Shown here piece by piece: positions 44,203 to 56,905 of a stretch of DNA of 64,000 bases. The stretch's first letter is position 1; each line of letters starts with the position of its first letter. The DNA comes from Octopus vulgaris (taxonomy: Eukaryota). Below the pieces are notes generated by a model. That model saw only the letters and a program-made list of their open reading frames with translations, was not told where the DNA came from and did not search any database. The translations under genes and the position numbers were made by a program. The DNA is taken from positions 3,968,001 to 4,032,000 of the forward strand of contig OX597838.1 in assembly GCA_951406725.2 (NCBI GenBank), read 5' to 3'.

Positions 44203-44235
<33 letters not shown>

Positions 44236-44246
44236 TGTGTGTCTAC

Positions 44247-44338
44247 CAATGTAAGAGTATTGACATCCTTAGTTACGTTTAGTTGACGACTATAATTCTC
44301 CTTTACGGTTTAACATTGTAACTGGCTGTTTATATTAA
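44247..44338. repeat. Left 92-bp direct repeat flanking the hammerhead array
   Basis: Ungapped match to 45825-45916; my hand count gives 75/92 identical. Confidence 0.85.
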
Positions 44339-44408
44339 CCTTTGTATACGCATTAGCAATCTGCTAAATCATTCATAAATTTTTATGGCAAAAACATATA
44401 TTCTGTTT

Positions 44409-45742
44409 GGTGAGGCAGCCCGGAATCTGCCGAACGAGCTGGCCTTACTGACGATGGCTACGGAAATAGCTGAAACTGACCGGCCAGTCTTAGGAATTCT
44501 CGGTTCGGTGTTCTCTGGTAGGTGAGGTAGCCCGGAATCTGCTGAATGAGCTGGCCTTACCGACGATGGCTACGGAAATAGCTGAAACTGACCGGCCAGT
44601 CTAAGGAATTCTCGGTTCGGTGTTCTCTGGTAGGTGAGGTAGCCCGGAATCTGCTGAATGAGCTGGCCTTACCGACGATGGCTACGGAAATAGCTGAAAC
44701 TGACCGGCCAGTCGAAGGAATTCTCGGTTCGGTGTTCTCTGGTAGGTGAGGTAGCCCGGAATCTGCTGAATGAGCTGGCCTTACCGACGATGGCTACGGA
44801 AATAGCTGAAACTGACCGGCCAGTCGAAGGAATTCTCGGTTCGGTGTTCTCTGGTAGGTGAGGTAGCCCGGAATCTGCTGAATGAGCTGGCCTTACCGAC
44901 GATGGCTACGGAAATAGCTGAAACTGACCGGCCAGTCTAAGGAATTCTCGGTTCGGTGTTCTCTGGTAGGTGAGGTAGCCCGGAATCTGCTGAATGAGCT
45001 GGCCTTACTGACGATAGCTACGGAAATAGCTGAAACTGACCGGCCAGTCGAAGGAATTCTCGTTTCGATGTTCTCTGATAGGTGAGGTAGCCCGGAATCT
45101 GCCGAACGAACTGGCCTTACTGAGGATACCTACGGAAATAGCTGAAACTGACCGGCCAGTCTTAGGAATTCTCGGTTCGGTGTTCTCTGATAGGTGAGGT
45201 AACCCGGAATCTGCTGAACGAGCTGGCCTTACCGACGATGGCTACGGAAATAGCTGAAACTGACCGGCCAGTCGAAGGAATTCTCGGTTCGGTGTTCTCT
45301 GGTAGGTGAGGTAGCCCGGAATCTGCTGAATGAGCTGGCCTTACCGACGATGGCTACGGAAATAGCTGAAACTGACCGGCCAGTCTAAGGAATTCTCGGT
45401 TCGGTGTTCTCTGGTAGGTGAGGTAGCCCGGAATCTGCTGAATGAGCTGGCCTTACTGACGATAGCTACGGAAATAGCTGAAACTGACCGGCCAGTCAAA
45501 AGAATTCTCGTTTCGATGTTCTCTGATAGGTGAGGTAGCCCGGAATCTGCCGAACGAACTGGCCTTACTGAGGATACCTACGGAAATAGCTGAAACTGAC
45601 CGGCCAGTCTTAGGAATTCTCGGTTCGGTGTTCTCTGATAGGTGAGGTAACCCGGAATCTGCTGAACGAGCTGGCCTTACCGACGATGGCTACGGAAATA
45701 GCTGAAACTGACCGGCCAGTCGAAGGAATTCTCGGTTCGGTG
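44409..45742 (+). ncRNA. Tandem array of 12 x 112-bp units, each with a type I hammerhead ribozyme fold (retrozyme-like)
   Basis: Unit: CCUUA-C(U/C)GA(C/G)GA-U-(G/A)GCUA cggaaa UAGCU-GAA-ACUG accggc CAGU-C-(U/G)AAGG. Units start every 112 bp from 44409 and the last is truncated to 102 bp; no ORF. Confidence 0.85.
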
Positions 45743-45824
45743 CTCATGACGATTGCAGCCCCAATCAGAAATACATGCTATGTGCTTTATAACAGCATTG
45801 GTGCATTTCAGCTCTTATTTCAGG

Positions 45825-45916
45825 CAATGTAGATGAATTGACACCCTTTGTCACATTTAGTTGACAACTAAAATTCTCCTTTACAGATGAACATTGTTAC
45901 TAGCTCTTTTTATTAA
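45825..45916. repeat. Right 92-bp direct repeat flanking the hammerhead array
   Basis: CAATGTA..TTGACA.CCTT..TTTAGTTGAC.ACTA.AATTCTCCTTTAC..AACATTGT..TATTAA is shared with 44247-44338. Confidence 0.85.
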
Positions 45917-45932
45917 TACACACACACACACA

Positions 45933-46004
<72 letters not shown>

Positions 46005-46150
46005 TTGGCTCATTACAACCTTAATTTCAGTTTCGAGGGTCGAGCGACACGCCCAGCTCATTAGAATCTTTAAATAATGCGATGAGTCAAACATTTAAAT
46101 ACATGTAGCTGCAAACAAAAGTGCTAGATACCACTTTGTTTGTTCAATCA

Positions 46151-46225
<75 letters not shown>

Positions 46226-46331
46226 GTATTTATGCAGGTGTGTCTGTGCGTGTGTGTGCGCGCGTGTATATTTTTTACAGTCGACCTCTTTTCCATTTTC
46301 ACTCTCCTCGTACACCTTTCTTCGGTGATTT

Positions 46332-46367
46332 TCTTCTGATGAATGACCAGCGTCCGAAACGTTAAGA
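46332..46367 (+). ncRNA. Minimal hammerhead motif in a Penelope-like fragment (~46280-46450)
   Basis: UCUU-CUGAUGA-A-uGACcagcGUCc-GAA-ACGU-U-AAGA with a perfect 4-bp stem I. Confidence 0.7.
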
Positions 46368-46642
46368 CTCTTTTCCATTCTTTAAAGCGTTAAACTAATA
46401 CAATATTTGTTCAAACTTGTCCTTATGTTGTCTTCTATCATTATTTTCATTATATGTATGTGTGTGTGTTCGTATATATATATGTATATATATATATATA
46501 CACAAATAAAATGCAAAGAGAGTCCTATCAGCATTTGAACGAATTAAACGAACTCGCAGCATAAAGAACTGTAACTACAAGCATTTTCTCAAGCCATCTA
46601 ATTTTCCACTTCACGCCATCCGACAACAACAACAACAACAAC

Positions 46643-46687
<45 letters not shown>

Positions 46688-46694
46688 AATGATA

Positions 46695-46744
<50 letters not shown>

Positions 46745-46764
46745 AATAATGATAATAATGATAA

Positions 46765-46895
46765 GCCTTTCTACTATTGGCACAAGACCTGGAATTTGGG
46801 GGAAGGGTAAGTCGATTGCAACGACCCCACTACTTAACTAGTACTTCATCTATCGACCCCGAAAGGATGAAAGGCAGAATCAACCTCAGTGGAAT
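46765..46895 (-). mobile_element. SINE family B, 3' part
   Basis: TATCGACCCCGAAAGGATGAAAGGCAGAATCAACCTCAG. Confidence 0.75.
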
Positions 46896-47011
46896 AGTAA
46901 TAATAATAATAATTATAATAGTAATAATAATAATAACAACAACAACGATAATAATAATAATAATTTGAAGAAGTAAATAAAAAGTCAACAAACACATTAG
47001 ATAAAATATCA

Positions 47012-47076
<65 letters not shown>

Positions 47077-47495
47077 ATGAGATTGTCTGTCTGTATATGT
47101 GTGTGAGTGTTTGTGTTTGTAATAAAAGTACAGACTTTTCCTTTCCGTTTGGTCGGTCATGCAGACGATTCAACAATCTGTTAACCAGTTTTGTGTTCGT
47201 ATTTAACGGCTCCATTGTAGAACGCGTCGTCTTTGCGTTCGCCTTGATATTTGCGTGCGTGCTCGTGAATGTTTGTATATATGTGTGTGTGCGTGTAAGT
47301 GTATGCGCTTGTGTGCGTGCGTATGTGTGTGATTTGCGTTAAGGTGACGCTCTCCTGAAGAGAGTGTTTCGAATCAAAATATTTCGGTGGTTTTACGCAG
47401 TGATTCGGTTCTGGTTTCTCTTTAAACAAACGGACTGTGTGGGAGAACCATTTTCAAACAGCGTTCTCAAGTGATAAACACAGGGTATGTGCCTG

Positions 47496-47537
<42 letters not shown>

Positions 47538-47629
47538 TGTGAGTATATGTACCTACCTATCTACATACATACATACATACATACATACATACATACATAC
47601 ATACATACACATATATATATATATATATT

Positions 47630-47790
47630 GATAGAAATGGTAAGACAACAAAAGAATGAAAGAGACCTCGATATTATGTAAATAGAGGAATTTATCTGTA
47701 AATATAATATGTGACAATTATTCGGTTGCCATAATAAAACTCCAGGTTTCTGATGTCGGGACGGAAACCTGCTCTTCAGTTATCGAGGCA
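47630..47790 (-). mobile_element. Penelope-like fragment with a hammerhead-like motif at 47734-47783
   Basis: Minus strand reads AUAA-CUGAAGA-...-GAAACCUGGAGU-U-UUAU, same family as 789-972. Stem II is poorly formed. Confidence 0.55.
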
Positions 47791-47804
47791 ATCAATCAAT
47801 CAAT

Positions 47805-47940
<136 letters not shown>

Positions 47941-47994
47941 AATATATATATAGAAGAGAGAAAAAATGTGTGTAGTGGCTACCGATCTATATGA

Positions 47995-48052
<58 letters not shown>

Positions 48053-48059
48053 TTATATA

Positions 48060-48390
48060 TATATTTGTTAGTCCTGGTGTTTTTGTTATGTATTTGTCTG
48101 AATATTTTTTCATCATACCTAATGCACCTACTATGATAGGAATTGTTTCTGTTTTTAGGCTCCACATTTGAGTTCACCTCTATTTCCAGGTCTTTGCATT
48201 TCGAAAGTTTCTCCCTTTCTTTTAGAGAAACGATATTGTCATCTGTTATTATTGATACATCGATTAAGGCTATATTGTCGTGACATCTCTTATATTCCTT
48301 CTGGGCTAATGGTGTACATTGGCTGGTAATATGTCATACAGTTTCACCGTTTGGTCTACAGATTCTGCACTGATCACTTTCTGCTGTGTT
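48060..48390 (-). mobile_element. R4/Dong-type RLE fragment
   Basis: [37 protein letters not shown]; borders a (TAA)n tract. Confidence 0.8.
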
Positions 48391-48393
48391 GTC

Positions 48394-48473
<80 letters not shown>

Positions 48474-48498
48474 CATCATCATCATCATTATCATCATC

Positions 48499-48530
<32 letters not shown>

Positions 48531-48532
48531 TA

Positions 48533-48800
48533 TGTTCTGAGTTCAAATTCCACCGAGGTCGACTTTGAGGACGAAAGGCAAAGTTCACCTCGGAACGTAC
48601 AAATTGACGAAATGCAGCTAAGCCTGGTGGTATTTCATCCGTCTTTACGTTCTGAGTTCAAATTTCTCCAAGGTCGACTTTACCTTCCATCTTTTCGGGG
48701 TCGATAGAATAAGTACCAGTCGAGAACTGGGTGGGAGGGTCGATGTAATCGACTAGTCCCCTTCCCTCTAAGTTGCTGGCCTTCTGCCAAAATTTCAAAC
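48533..48800 (+). mobile_element. SINE family B, rearranged or duplicated head
   Basis: TTCTGAGTTCAAATT..AGGTCGACTTT occurs twice, then CCTTCCATCTTTTCGGGGTCGATAGAATAAGTACCAG. Confidence 0.75.
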
Positions 48801-48846
48801 CAATCATTATTATCATTTGTCATCATGACGATGATGATGACGATGC

Positions 48847-48878
<32 letters not shown>

Positions 48879-48987
48879 ATGATGGCGACGACGATGATGA
48901 TAATATATTATTTTATTCTCCTTACCAGCCACTTTTGCCAATCGATTTCATAGAGGAGCTGAGATCCTAGCTATCATCATTTAATGG

Positions 48988-49055
<68 letters not shown>

Positions 49056-49549
49056 CATATATATAATTAATTACACACATACATACATATATGTACATAT
49101 TTTATACTTGTATATACATATGTGTGTGTGTGTGAATGATAATCGCTAGCGTTTGATCCCTCGTAATATATTCCATTTATATATTATCTCTTTTCTTTTT
49201 ATGTTTGTGTGGATTATTTACCTAAGCTTATGCGTACACGACCCGCGCAGCCCAGCCCCAGTCCACTGAAGACCACCTCAGCTGCCCCTCCGCAGCGGCT
49301 CTCTTCGATCAATCTCCTTATCTTTGTCACATCTCTTCAATTCCTGTCGTCCCCCTTTCTACATACATTTTTGTCATAAACGCCATACTTTCGTCTTTAA
49401 TAACACGCTTTCATCTCAAAAACACAGCAATTTGCACTATGAACGTTCGAGGAAGGCAGGCAGGGAATTCTGGGATATTTACTTACAATTTCCCGCTAAT
49501 TTATTGGCTACAGGAATCCTCCCCTCTTGCCCTGTGTGTTATTTAGTTA

Positions 49550-49712
49550 GTCATTGGTAGACAACCTAATGCACCAATGATGATCGCTACACACGAGAGT
49601 TCATAGTCAGAGTACAAGAGCTGTAAATTCCGAATTAATTCACCATAAATGTTCCCTTTTTCCTGGACATTCATTTTCGCTGAGCAGCCGACCTCTACAA
49701 CAGTGCATGACT
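49550..49712 (-). mobile_element. RLE-type LINE remnant (second subfamily)
   Basis: Minus strand reads SCTVVEVGCSAKMNVQEKGNIYGELIRNLQLLYSDYELSCVAIIIGALG, similar to 57210-57545. Confidence 0.65.
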
Positions 49713-50077
49713 GTATGTATGCATGTATGTTTGTATGTATAAGAGGTATTATTTGACAAGGACATCCTCCTTTTCTTCTGTCAGTCTCAGAGATTCTGCA
49801 AAATAAAAATAATCTGAAATTTGGTGTGTTAGCCTCGTAAGAATTTGAACTTAGAACGTGAAGACTGAAAAAAATGCACTTAGCCTTTTGCCCGACGTGC
49901 TAACGATTTTGCCAGCTCGCCGCCTTGCAGAAAAACAAATTAAATATATAAATGAATGAATAGATAAATAAATAAAAACAATGAAAGACAGGACAGAAAA
50001 TTAAGGGTGCTGGGCACTCTTCTTCTACCCTTTACTAAACAGTAATAAAACAAAAACTTAGATATTATAGTATTAAA

Positions 50078-50153
<76 letters not shown>

Positions 50154-50836
50154 GTGGTGGTGGTGGTGGTGAGGAGGAGGAGGAGAGGAGGGGGAGGAGG
50201 ATAATGAAAGATTAATAAAAATGAAATGAAAATAAAAAATGATTAAACGAAGCAATTTGAAAGATCTGGAAATTCAGAGAAAGTTCTTTGATATTCGTCT
50301 GTACTAACAATATTTTGTGTTTTTGTTGTTGTTATTGTTATTGTTGCTGTTGTTGTTGTTCTTGTTGTTTGTTCTGTTCAATCCCAGGTCAGACCTATCA
50401 AAGCAGACCTTACTAAACGACATTCAAACCGTGATTATTACTCTGCCATATTTGCTCCATCTTTTCTTCTTTCTTTCTTCCTTTCTTTTTTTGTTGTTAT
50501 TGTTGTTGTTGTTGTTGTTGTTGTTTTTCCTCCATTTTTTAGTCGTTTCAACCCGTAAGTGAATCGAGAAATTACATCAGCCGGTTAAGTCCTTCCTGTT
50601 TTCAAGACGGTTAAAGCATGATTTGAGAGAGAGAGATTTGGTTGTCACTGCTTAGCAGGGCGAGCGAACACATGGAGACATCCTCGTTAGTTCAAGTTAT
50701 TGCCCGGTGGTTATACTAGTAGTGGTGGAGGTGGTGGTGGTGGTTGTGGTGGAGGTGGTGGTGGTGGTGGAGGTAGGGGTGGATATACGCAGAGAGTTTG
50801 TCTGCAGACGACACAGCAATTAAATGAAAGTCAGCT

Positions 50837-50880
50837 CCAATGAACCGACCGGTTTTATTGGACAGAAATCCGTGACGTCA
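50837..50880. promoter_or_regulatory. Candidate promoter or enhancer motif cluster (two CCAAT boxes plus CRE)
   Basis: CCAAT at 50837-50841, ATTGG at 50857-50861 and the palindrome TGACGTCA at 50873-50880, in non-repeat DNA. Confidence 0.35.
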
Positions 50881-51101
50881 GGAACCCTGTCAGCCGTCTC
50901 CCGCTTTTTCCCTGTCTATTTCTTTCCCCGCTTTTTCCCTGTCTATTTCTTTCCCCGATCTCACTCTCTCCCCCTTTTCTTTCTCTCCCTCCTCCCTCTC
51001 TCTCTCTCCCTCTCTCTCTCTCTCGCTCTCCCTCTATCTCTATCGCCCTCTCTTTCTCTCTCTCTCTCTCTCGCTCTCTCTCTCCCTCTATCTCTATCGC
51101 C

Positions 51102-51205
<104 letters not shown>

Positions 51206-51362
51206 CTCGTTCTCCCTCTATCTATCTATCTATCTATCTCTGTTTTCCGAAAGTTCCATTTCGCTTTCTGTCACACTCTTAGCCTTTCACACCCTCTTTC
51301 TCTCATTTACTCACTCTGTCTTCGATCTCTTCTCTCTATATATATATCTCTTTTTATTCCCC

Positions 51363-51407
<45 letters not shown>

Positions 51408-52019
51408 CATCTCTCCCACTTAATTCTGCCTCAACCAAATTCTCTCCTATCTTACCACTTCTATATCCTCTCTCTCTCTTTCTCACACACTTTGTCTCTT
51501 TCTATCTATGTTCATTCCTCTTCTTCCCATCATCACACCTTACCATTTTCTCTTCCCGCCAACCAATATTTAATCTCATTTTTCAATAACGTTTCGTGTA
51601 GTTGTGGGGGTGCACGCGCGCGTGTGTGTGTGTGTATGTATGTGTAAAGAGAGAGAGAGATTACATTTGTGTGTGTTTGTGTGTGTTTATGTGAACGTGT
51701 GCGCATGTTTACGTGTGTGTTTGTGAGTTTATCCTTCCTGGTAATTTTAATAATTCAATTCAATTGTGTTTTTAATTCTAAAATTTAAATTTAAATTTGA
51801 GATTGAATCTAGGACAGACTGAATGAAAGGCACATGTTTACCACCGCCAGCGCCACCATCACCTCCAACACATAAATACAACAGCATCAACAACAAAATG
51901 TGTTGGTACAATTACAACAACAACAAATGAACAGAACAACAATATGTATTCGTGTGTAAGGTAAACTTATAAGCGTGCGATTTTGCCTTTATATTTTTGA
52001 TAAACGCATATTCGCTTTT

Positions 52020-52236
52020 CCTCTTTTACTTGTTTCACTCATTTGACTGCGGCCATGCTGGAGCACCACCTTTAGTCGAACAAATCGACCCCAGGACTTA
52101 TTCTTTGTAAGCCTAGTACTTATTCTATCGATCTCTTTTGCCGAACTGCTAAGTTACGGGGGCGTAAGGATACCAGCATCGGTTGTCAATCGATGTTGGA
52201 GGGACAAAAACAGACACACAAACATATACACACACA

Positions 52237-52305
<69 letters not shown>

Positions 52306-52472
52306 TTACGACGGGCTTCTTTCAGTTTCCGTCTACCAAATCCACTCACAAGGCTTTGGTCGGCCCGAGGCTATAGTAGAAGACACTTGCCCAAGGTGCC
52401 ACGCAGTGGGACTGAACCCGGAACCATGTCGTTGGTAAACAAGCTACTTACCACACAGCCACTCCTGCGCCT
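52020..52472 (-). mobile_element. SINE family A, full length
   Basis: Reverse complement of the full-length consensus. Confidence 0.9.
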
Positions 52473-52534
52473 ATTCTAAACTTACTTTGAAAAAAGGTGA
52501 GACGCCATGGTTAAAAAATAGGTTCTTCTATACA

Positions 52535-52746
52535 CAGGGTCGCCCAAAAATAGGTTTACAGTTATCACGTCGGTGCTTTAAATTTCTTTTAAAACATTTT
52601 ATTACATTTAACTTTCTATCTTACAATTAACTAAATTAGCATAGAATAATAGTTTCATATTATTTTATAATTAAGATCTAAACTGTTAAGATATGAATGC
52701 AAAAGAGATTGTTGAATAACTGTGAACCTACTTTTGGGCCAGCCTG
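52535..52746. mobile_element. Tc1/mariner-type MITE
   Basis: ~30-bp TIRs CAGGGTCGCCCAAAAATAGGTTTACAGTTAT and ATAACTGTGAACCTACTTTTGGGCCAGCCTG, with TA on the right flank and an AT-rich interior. Confidence 0.8.
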
Positions 52747-53519
52747 TATATTGCCAAAACAAAGAAGTCGATGTGAATAGTTTTACTATTTCTTGATGCC
52801 TCATCAGAGATCGATTGCTGCTTCTTATCCACAGAGAGTTTTCTGTTATTCGCTTTCTCTCATTCTTTCTCCATATCCGTATCTTTCATTCTGGAAGAAA
52901 TCGACTGTGGCTAAATCTAGAGAACGATAAGTCTCACTAAAAGAACGGTAAGTCGACTTATACACGAAGACGACTTTGGAAGATCAAAAATTCCATGTGA
53001 AACGCAGCAGGATTTGGGAAGATAGTGACGATGTTTGAGTGTTTACACTGCATTTCTAGGCTATACTCTACGTCGACTTGTATGCTGAAAAATGCAAAAT
53101 GAAAGCTTTCAGAAAACGTCTCTTCAAGTTTGCTCGAGAGAATGAGTAACATATTTTCTGACATTTAAGTCGAATATTTCTAAAGAAAACTTACAACCAG
53201 GAAAGGCAAGCCAACTTCATCACTAAGGCGACTTTCTGGGATCAAAAGTTCTATTTGAAGTACAGCAGGATATGGAAAGATAGAGACAATGTTTCAATGT
53301 TTGCACTACATAATATCTCGACTTATATGTCAAAAATACGAGTGTTGAGACTCATTTCTACTGGAGTACCAGACAGACTTGGGTAACTTGAGTAGAGGTC
53401 GGTATAACCTGATCACTGGTCAAGATGTGTCGGTGTCGGGCTGGGTGCCATGAACGTCCAATACATACGAGCGGATACTGAAGAATTCTTGGCTTTAAGG
53501 GTATCGCGAAAGGCCTGGC

Positions 53520-53681
53520 TGGAGGCCTTCCAAATTCTTTTACAAGTTCAGAAAAACTGAAGCACTGCTGCAATGAGTGTGTGAATCTGAGAGGGGAAAA
53601 TGTTGAATAAAATCATAATTAACTGATCCGCCAGTATTTTCTTTTGCCCTAAAACGAGGAACTTTTCAGCACCCACCTCGT
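53520..53681 (+). mobile_element. Mariner 3' end remnant
   Basis: EKLKHCCNECVNLRGENVE* resembles a transposase C-terminus and is followed by TIR-like GAACTTTTCAGCACCCACCTCGTA. Confidence 0.6.
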
Positions 53682-54202
53682 AAAGAAAGATGGTTGTTGG
53701 AAGGAAGACGCCCTCAACTTAGGCACTCCTCTGGGATTGATCAAATTCTGGTTAACAGACGCTCCCCCACCCACCCACCCACAGGGGCAAGCGGGCTTGA
53801 AGGCAGGTTGACAGATAGACAGACGGGCGGATACTCATGTAGTTTCGAGCTGCTGTGAAAACTACCATGTGAGTTCATTTACAGAGTACGCGTTTTCACA
53901 AATGCACGCATATACGCATGCGCCTGCACACGCGCCTGCGCATACATAAACTAATTTTCTTGCTTCTCCAATTCTTTCTTTTTTACCTTTTTCTTTTCTG
54001 TTCGAGTTCAACTTAACATATACAAGTACGCAACATACACACATACATGTCTATATATATATATATACACACACAAACTCATGCACATACACACACTGTT
54101 CCTCAATATGTACATTTCTACTCCTTACATCCTCCCCACCTACCCTTTCACCTATCCATCTATCATTCCACCTGTGTATATCTGTCTGTCTGTTTATCTA
54201 TA

Positions 54203-54234
<32 letters not shown>

Positions 54235-54271
54235 CATCTATCCATCTATCTATCTATCTATATATCTATCC

Positions 54272-54327
<56 letters not shown>

Positions 54328-54500
54328 GTCTGTCTGTCTGTCTGTCTGTCTACCTATTTATCTATTTGTCTGTCTGTCTGTCTGTGTATCTATCTACTTT
54401 CACTTTCTCTTTTTCAATCCCACTGGATTTGGTTTTTACACGCCCGACATCACACAAACACACATGTGCCCAAAACTTCCTCTAGTAATGTGATAATGTC

Positions 54501-54545
<45 letters not shown>

Positions 54546-55003
54546 ATCGTCTGCTAATCCACCCTTCCTCTCTTTCCCCCTCTATCGTCTGCTTCTCTCT
54601 GCTCCTCACTCTTCCCCCACCTTAGCCTCCCTCACATATATCGTCTGGTCGCACCTCCCCTTCTCTCTCCCATCAAAGTTTTTCTCTATCTTCACCTGCT
54701 CTCCCGCTATATAAACTCGCCACCTCTCCACCCGCCACTCTTCCTCTCTTGCTCTCCATCACCTATATCGTCTGGTCGCTTCTCCCCCTCTCTCTCTCCC
54801 TCTCCCTCTCTTCTTCTGCAAGTAACGTCTGATTAACCCTCCCTCGTTCTTTTACACTTTCTCTTACTCTCTCGCTCTCTCAACATGCATCATCTCGTTT
54901 GCTCCCTCCCTCTACACACACACTCTCTCTTTCTCACACCCTCTCTCTCTTTCTCACACCCTCTCTCCCACACTCTCTTTCTCCAATACATTCTCTCCGC
55001 ACT

Positions 55004-55051
<48 letters not shown>

Positions 55052-55410
55052 ACACACACACATACACATACACCTATACACACGCGCGTGCGCACGCTCT
55101 CTCCATTCTGTTACGCGTTTATCTTTACACATTCCCTTTCTACGTGTTCTGAACTCTGCGCGCGTGCATCTATGCGTATGTCTGTGTGTGAGTGTGTACA
55201 TGTATGTGTATGAGTATGTGTATACACGCGTGTGCGTATGTGTGTCTGTTCGTGTGTGTGTGTCTGTGCGTGTATGTGTGTCTGTGTCTCTGTGTGTGTA
55301 CTGTCCTGTTATATTTATTGTTCTTATTCAATGGTTTCACCTCTTCTCACGTTTACTTAACAACATCCCCCCCCCCCCCCCACCATCTCACACAGCTTAT
55401 TTATTGCTGC

Positions 55411-55450
<40 letters not shown>

Positions 55451-55785
55451 GCATGCACACGCATACGCGAGCGTATACGCGCGCACGCAAACACAATCGC
55501 CCATATGCATACGGCACATAGATACAATACTCAAACTCACACTTATACATACACACACACACAAACGCGTGTGTGCATTTCCCTCTTCACTCAGAAACAC
55601 ATATGCGTGCGTGTGTATGTGTACATATATATATGTGTGTGCATGTGTATGTGTGTGTGTGTGTGTGTCTATTAAGATATAGATTGAGAGAGGAGGGGGC
55701 AAAGACAGGCGGACAGACACACAGATGAGAGACGGACAGATTGGCAGACAGACAGACAGATAGAGAGAGAGACAGACAGACAGAC

Positions 55786-55910
<125 letters not shown>

Positions 55911-56737
55911 CAGACCAATAGGCATAAAGAGAGAGGCAAACAGACAGACTGACTGACAGACAGATAAGCTGACAGATAGATAAACAGATAGATAGATTGA
56001 TTGATACAAAGAGATCATTATTTTCAATTATCCCCTTGAATACATCTCCCTCGGTACTTCCCGAATTTAACATCGTCACCACCAGCGAAGCTAATTACAC
56101 CACCACTACCAGCACCACCACCAGAACATTCGCTCTTAACTTTCATGGCTGTGATGTCGTCATATATACCAGCTTCGTATCTATCTATCTACCTATTTAT
56201 CTATCATCTTTCATTTGTTTCTCAATATATCTCCTTGTATAGACACATGTTTGTGTGTTTCTATTGCATTGAAAGCACGAGTATGTTCTAATTTCATCTT
56301 TTGGGTGTGTATGTGTGTGTGTGTGTGCTTATCACACCCTTAGAGATAGTTTGGAACAATAAAATTCCCAAATTCATATTTATCATCCAAATTTCCAGTC
56401 TATCTCAGCCTTATCTTCGGGATGTGGAGTGGTTTGGGCTTCTAAAAAACAAAAATCGACTCTCTTTGAATGCAAAAACATGCAAGTCTGTCTGTGTCGG
56501 TGTCTGTGTATGTATATTATTTAGTTTCATGTCTAGATTCCTTGCCAATGGAGAAAGAGTCGTTTTCTAACATAGATCCAAAGCTCCTTCATTGGAATTC
56601 CAACATCAACGGAGTGGTTATGCATGGTTGTGTTCCTGTGGGCAAGCATTTGAAGGCAGCCAGTGCATGTGCAGATCTGGATATTCGGTTTTATGTGTGT
56701 GTATTCTTATACATATTGTTGCATGTCTAGACATGTG

Positions 56738-56798
<61 letters not shown>

Positions 56799-56844
56799 TT
56801 ATTTATATATATATATGTGTGTGTGTGTTCCTTATATATTATTA

Positions 56845-56902
<58 letters not shown>

Positions 56903-56905
<3 letters not shown>

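Noticed and set aside
44409-45742. Array interpreted as CRISPR or as a coding repeat
   Set aside because: There are no unique spacers and no cas genes, the context is eukaryotic, 112 is not a multiple of 3, and the ORF track is empty here.
49265-49310. CTGAAGA in the GC-rich segment
   Set aside because: No downstream GAAA or stem III.
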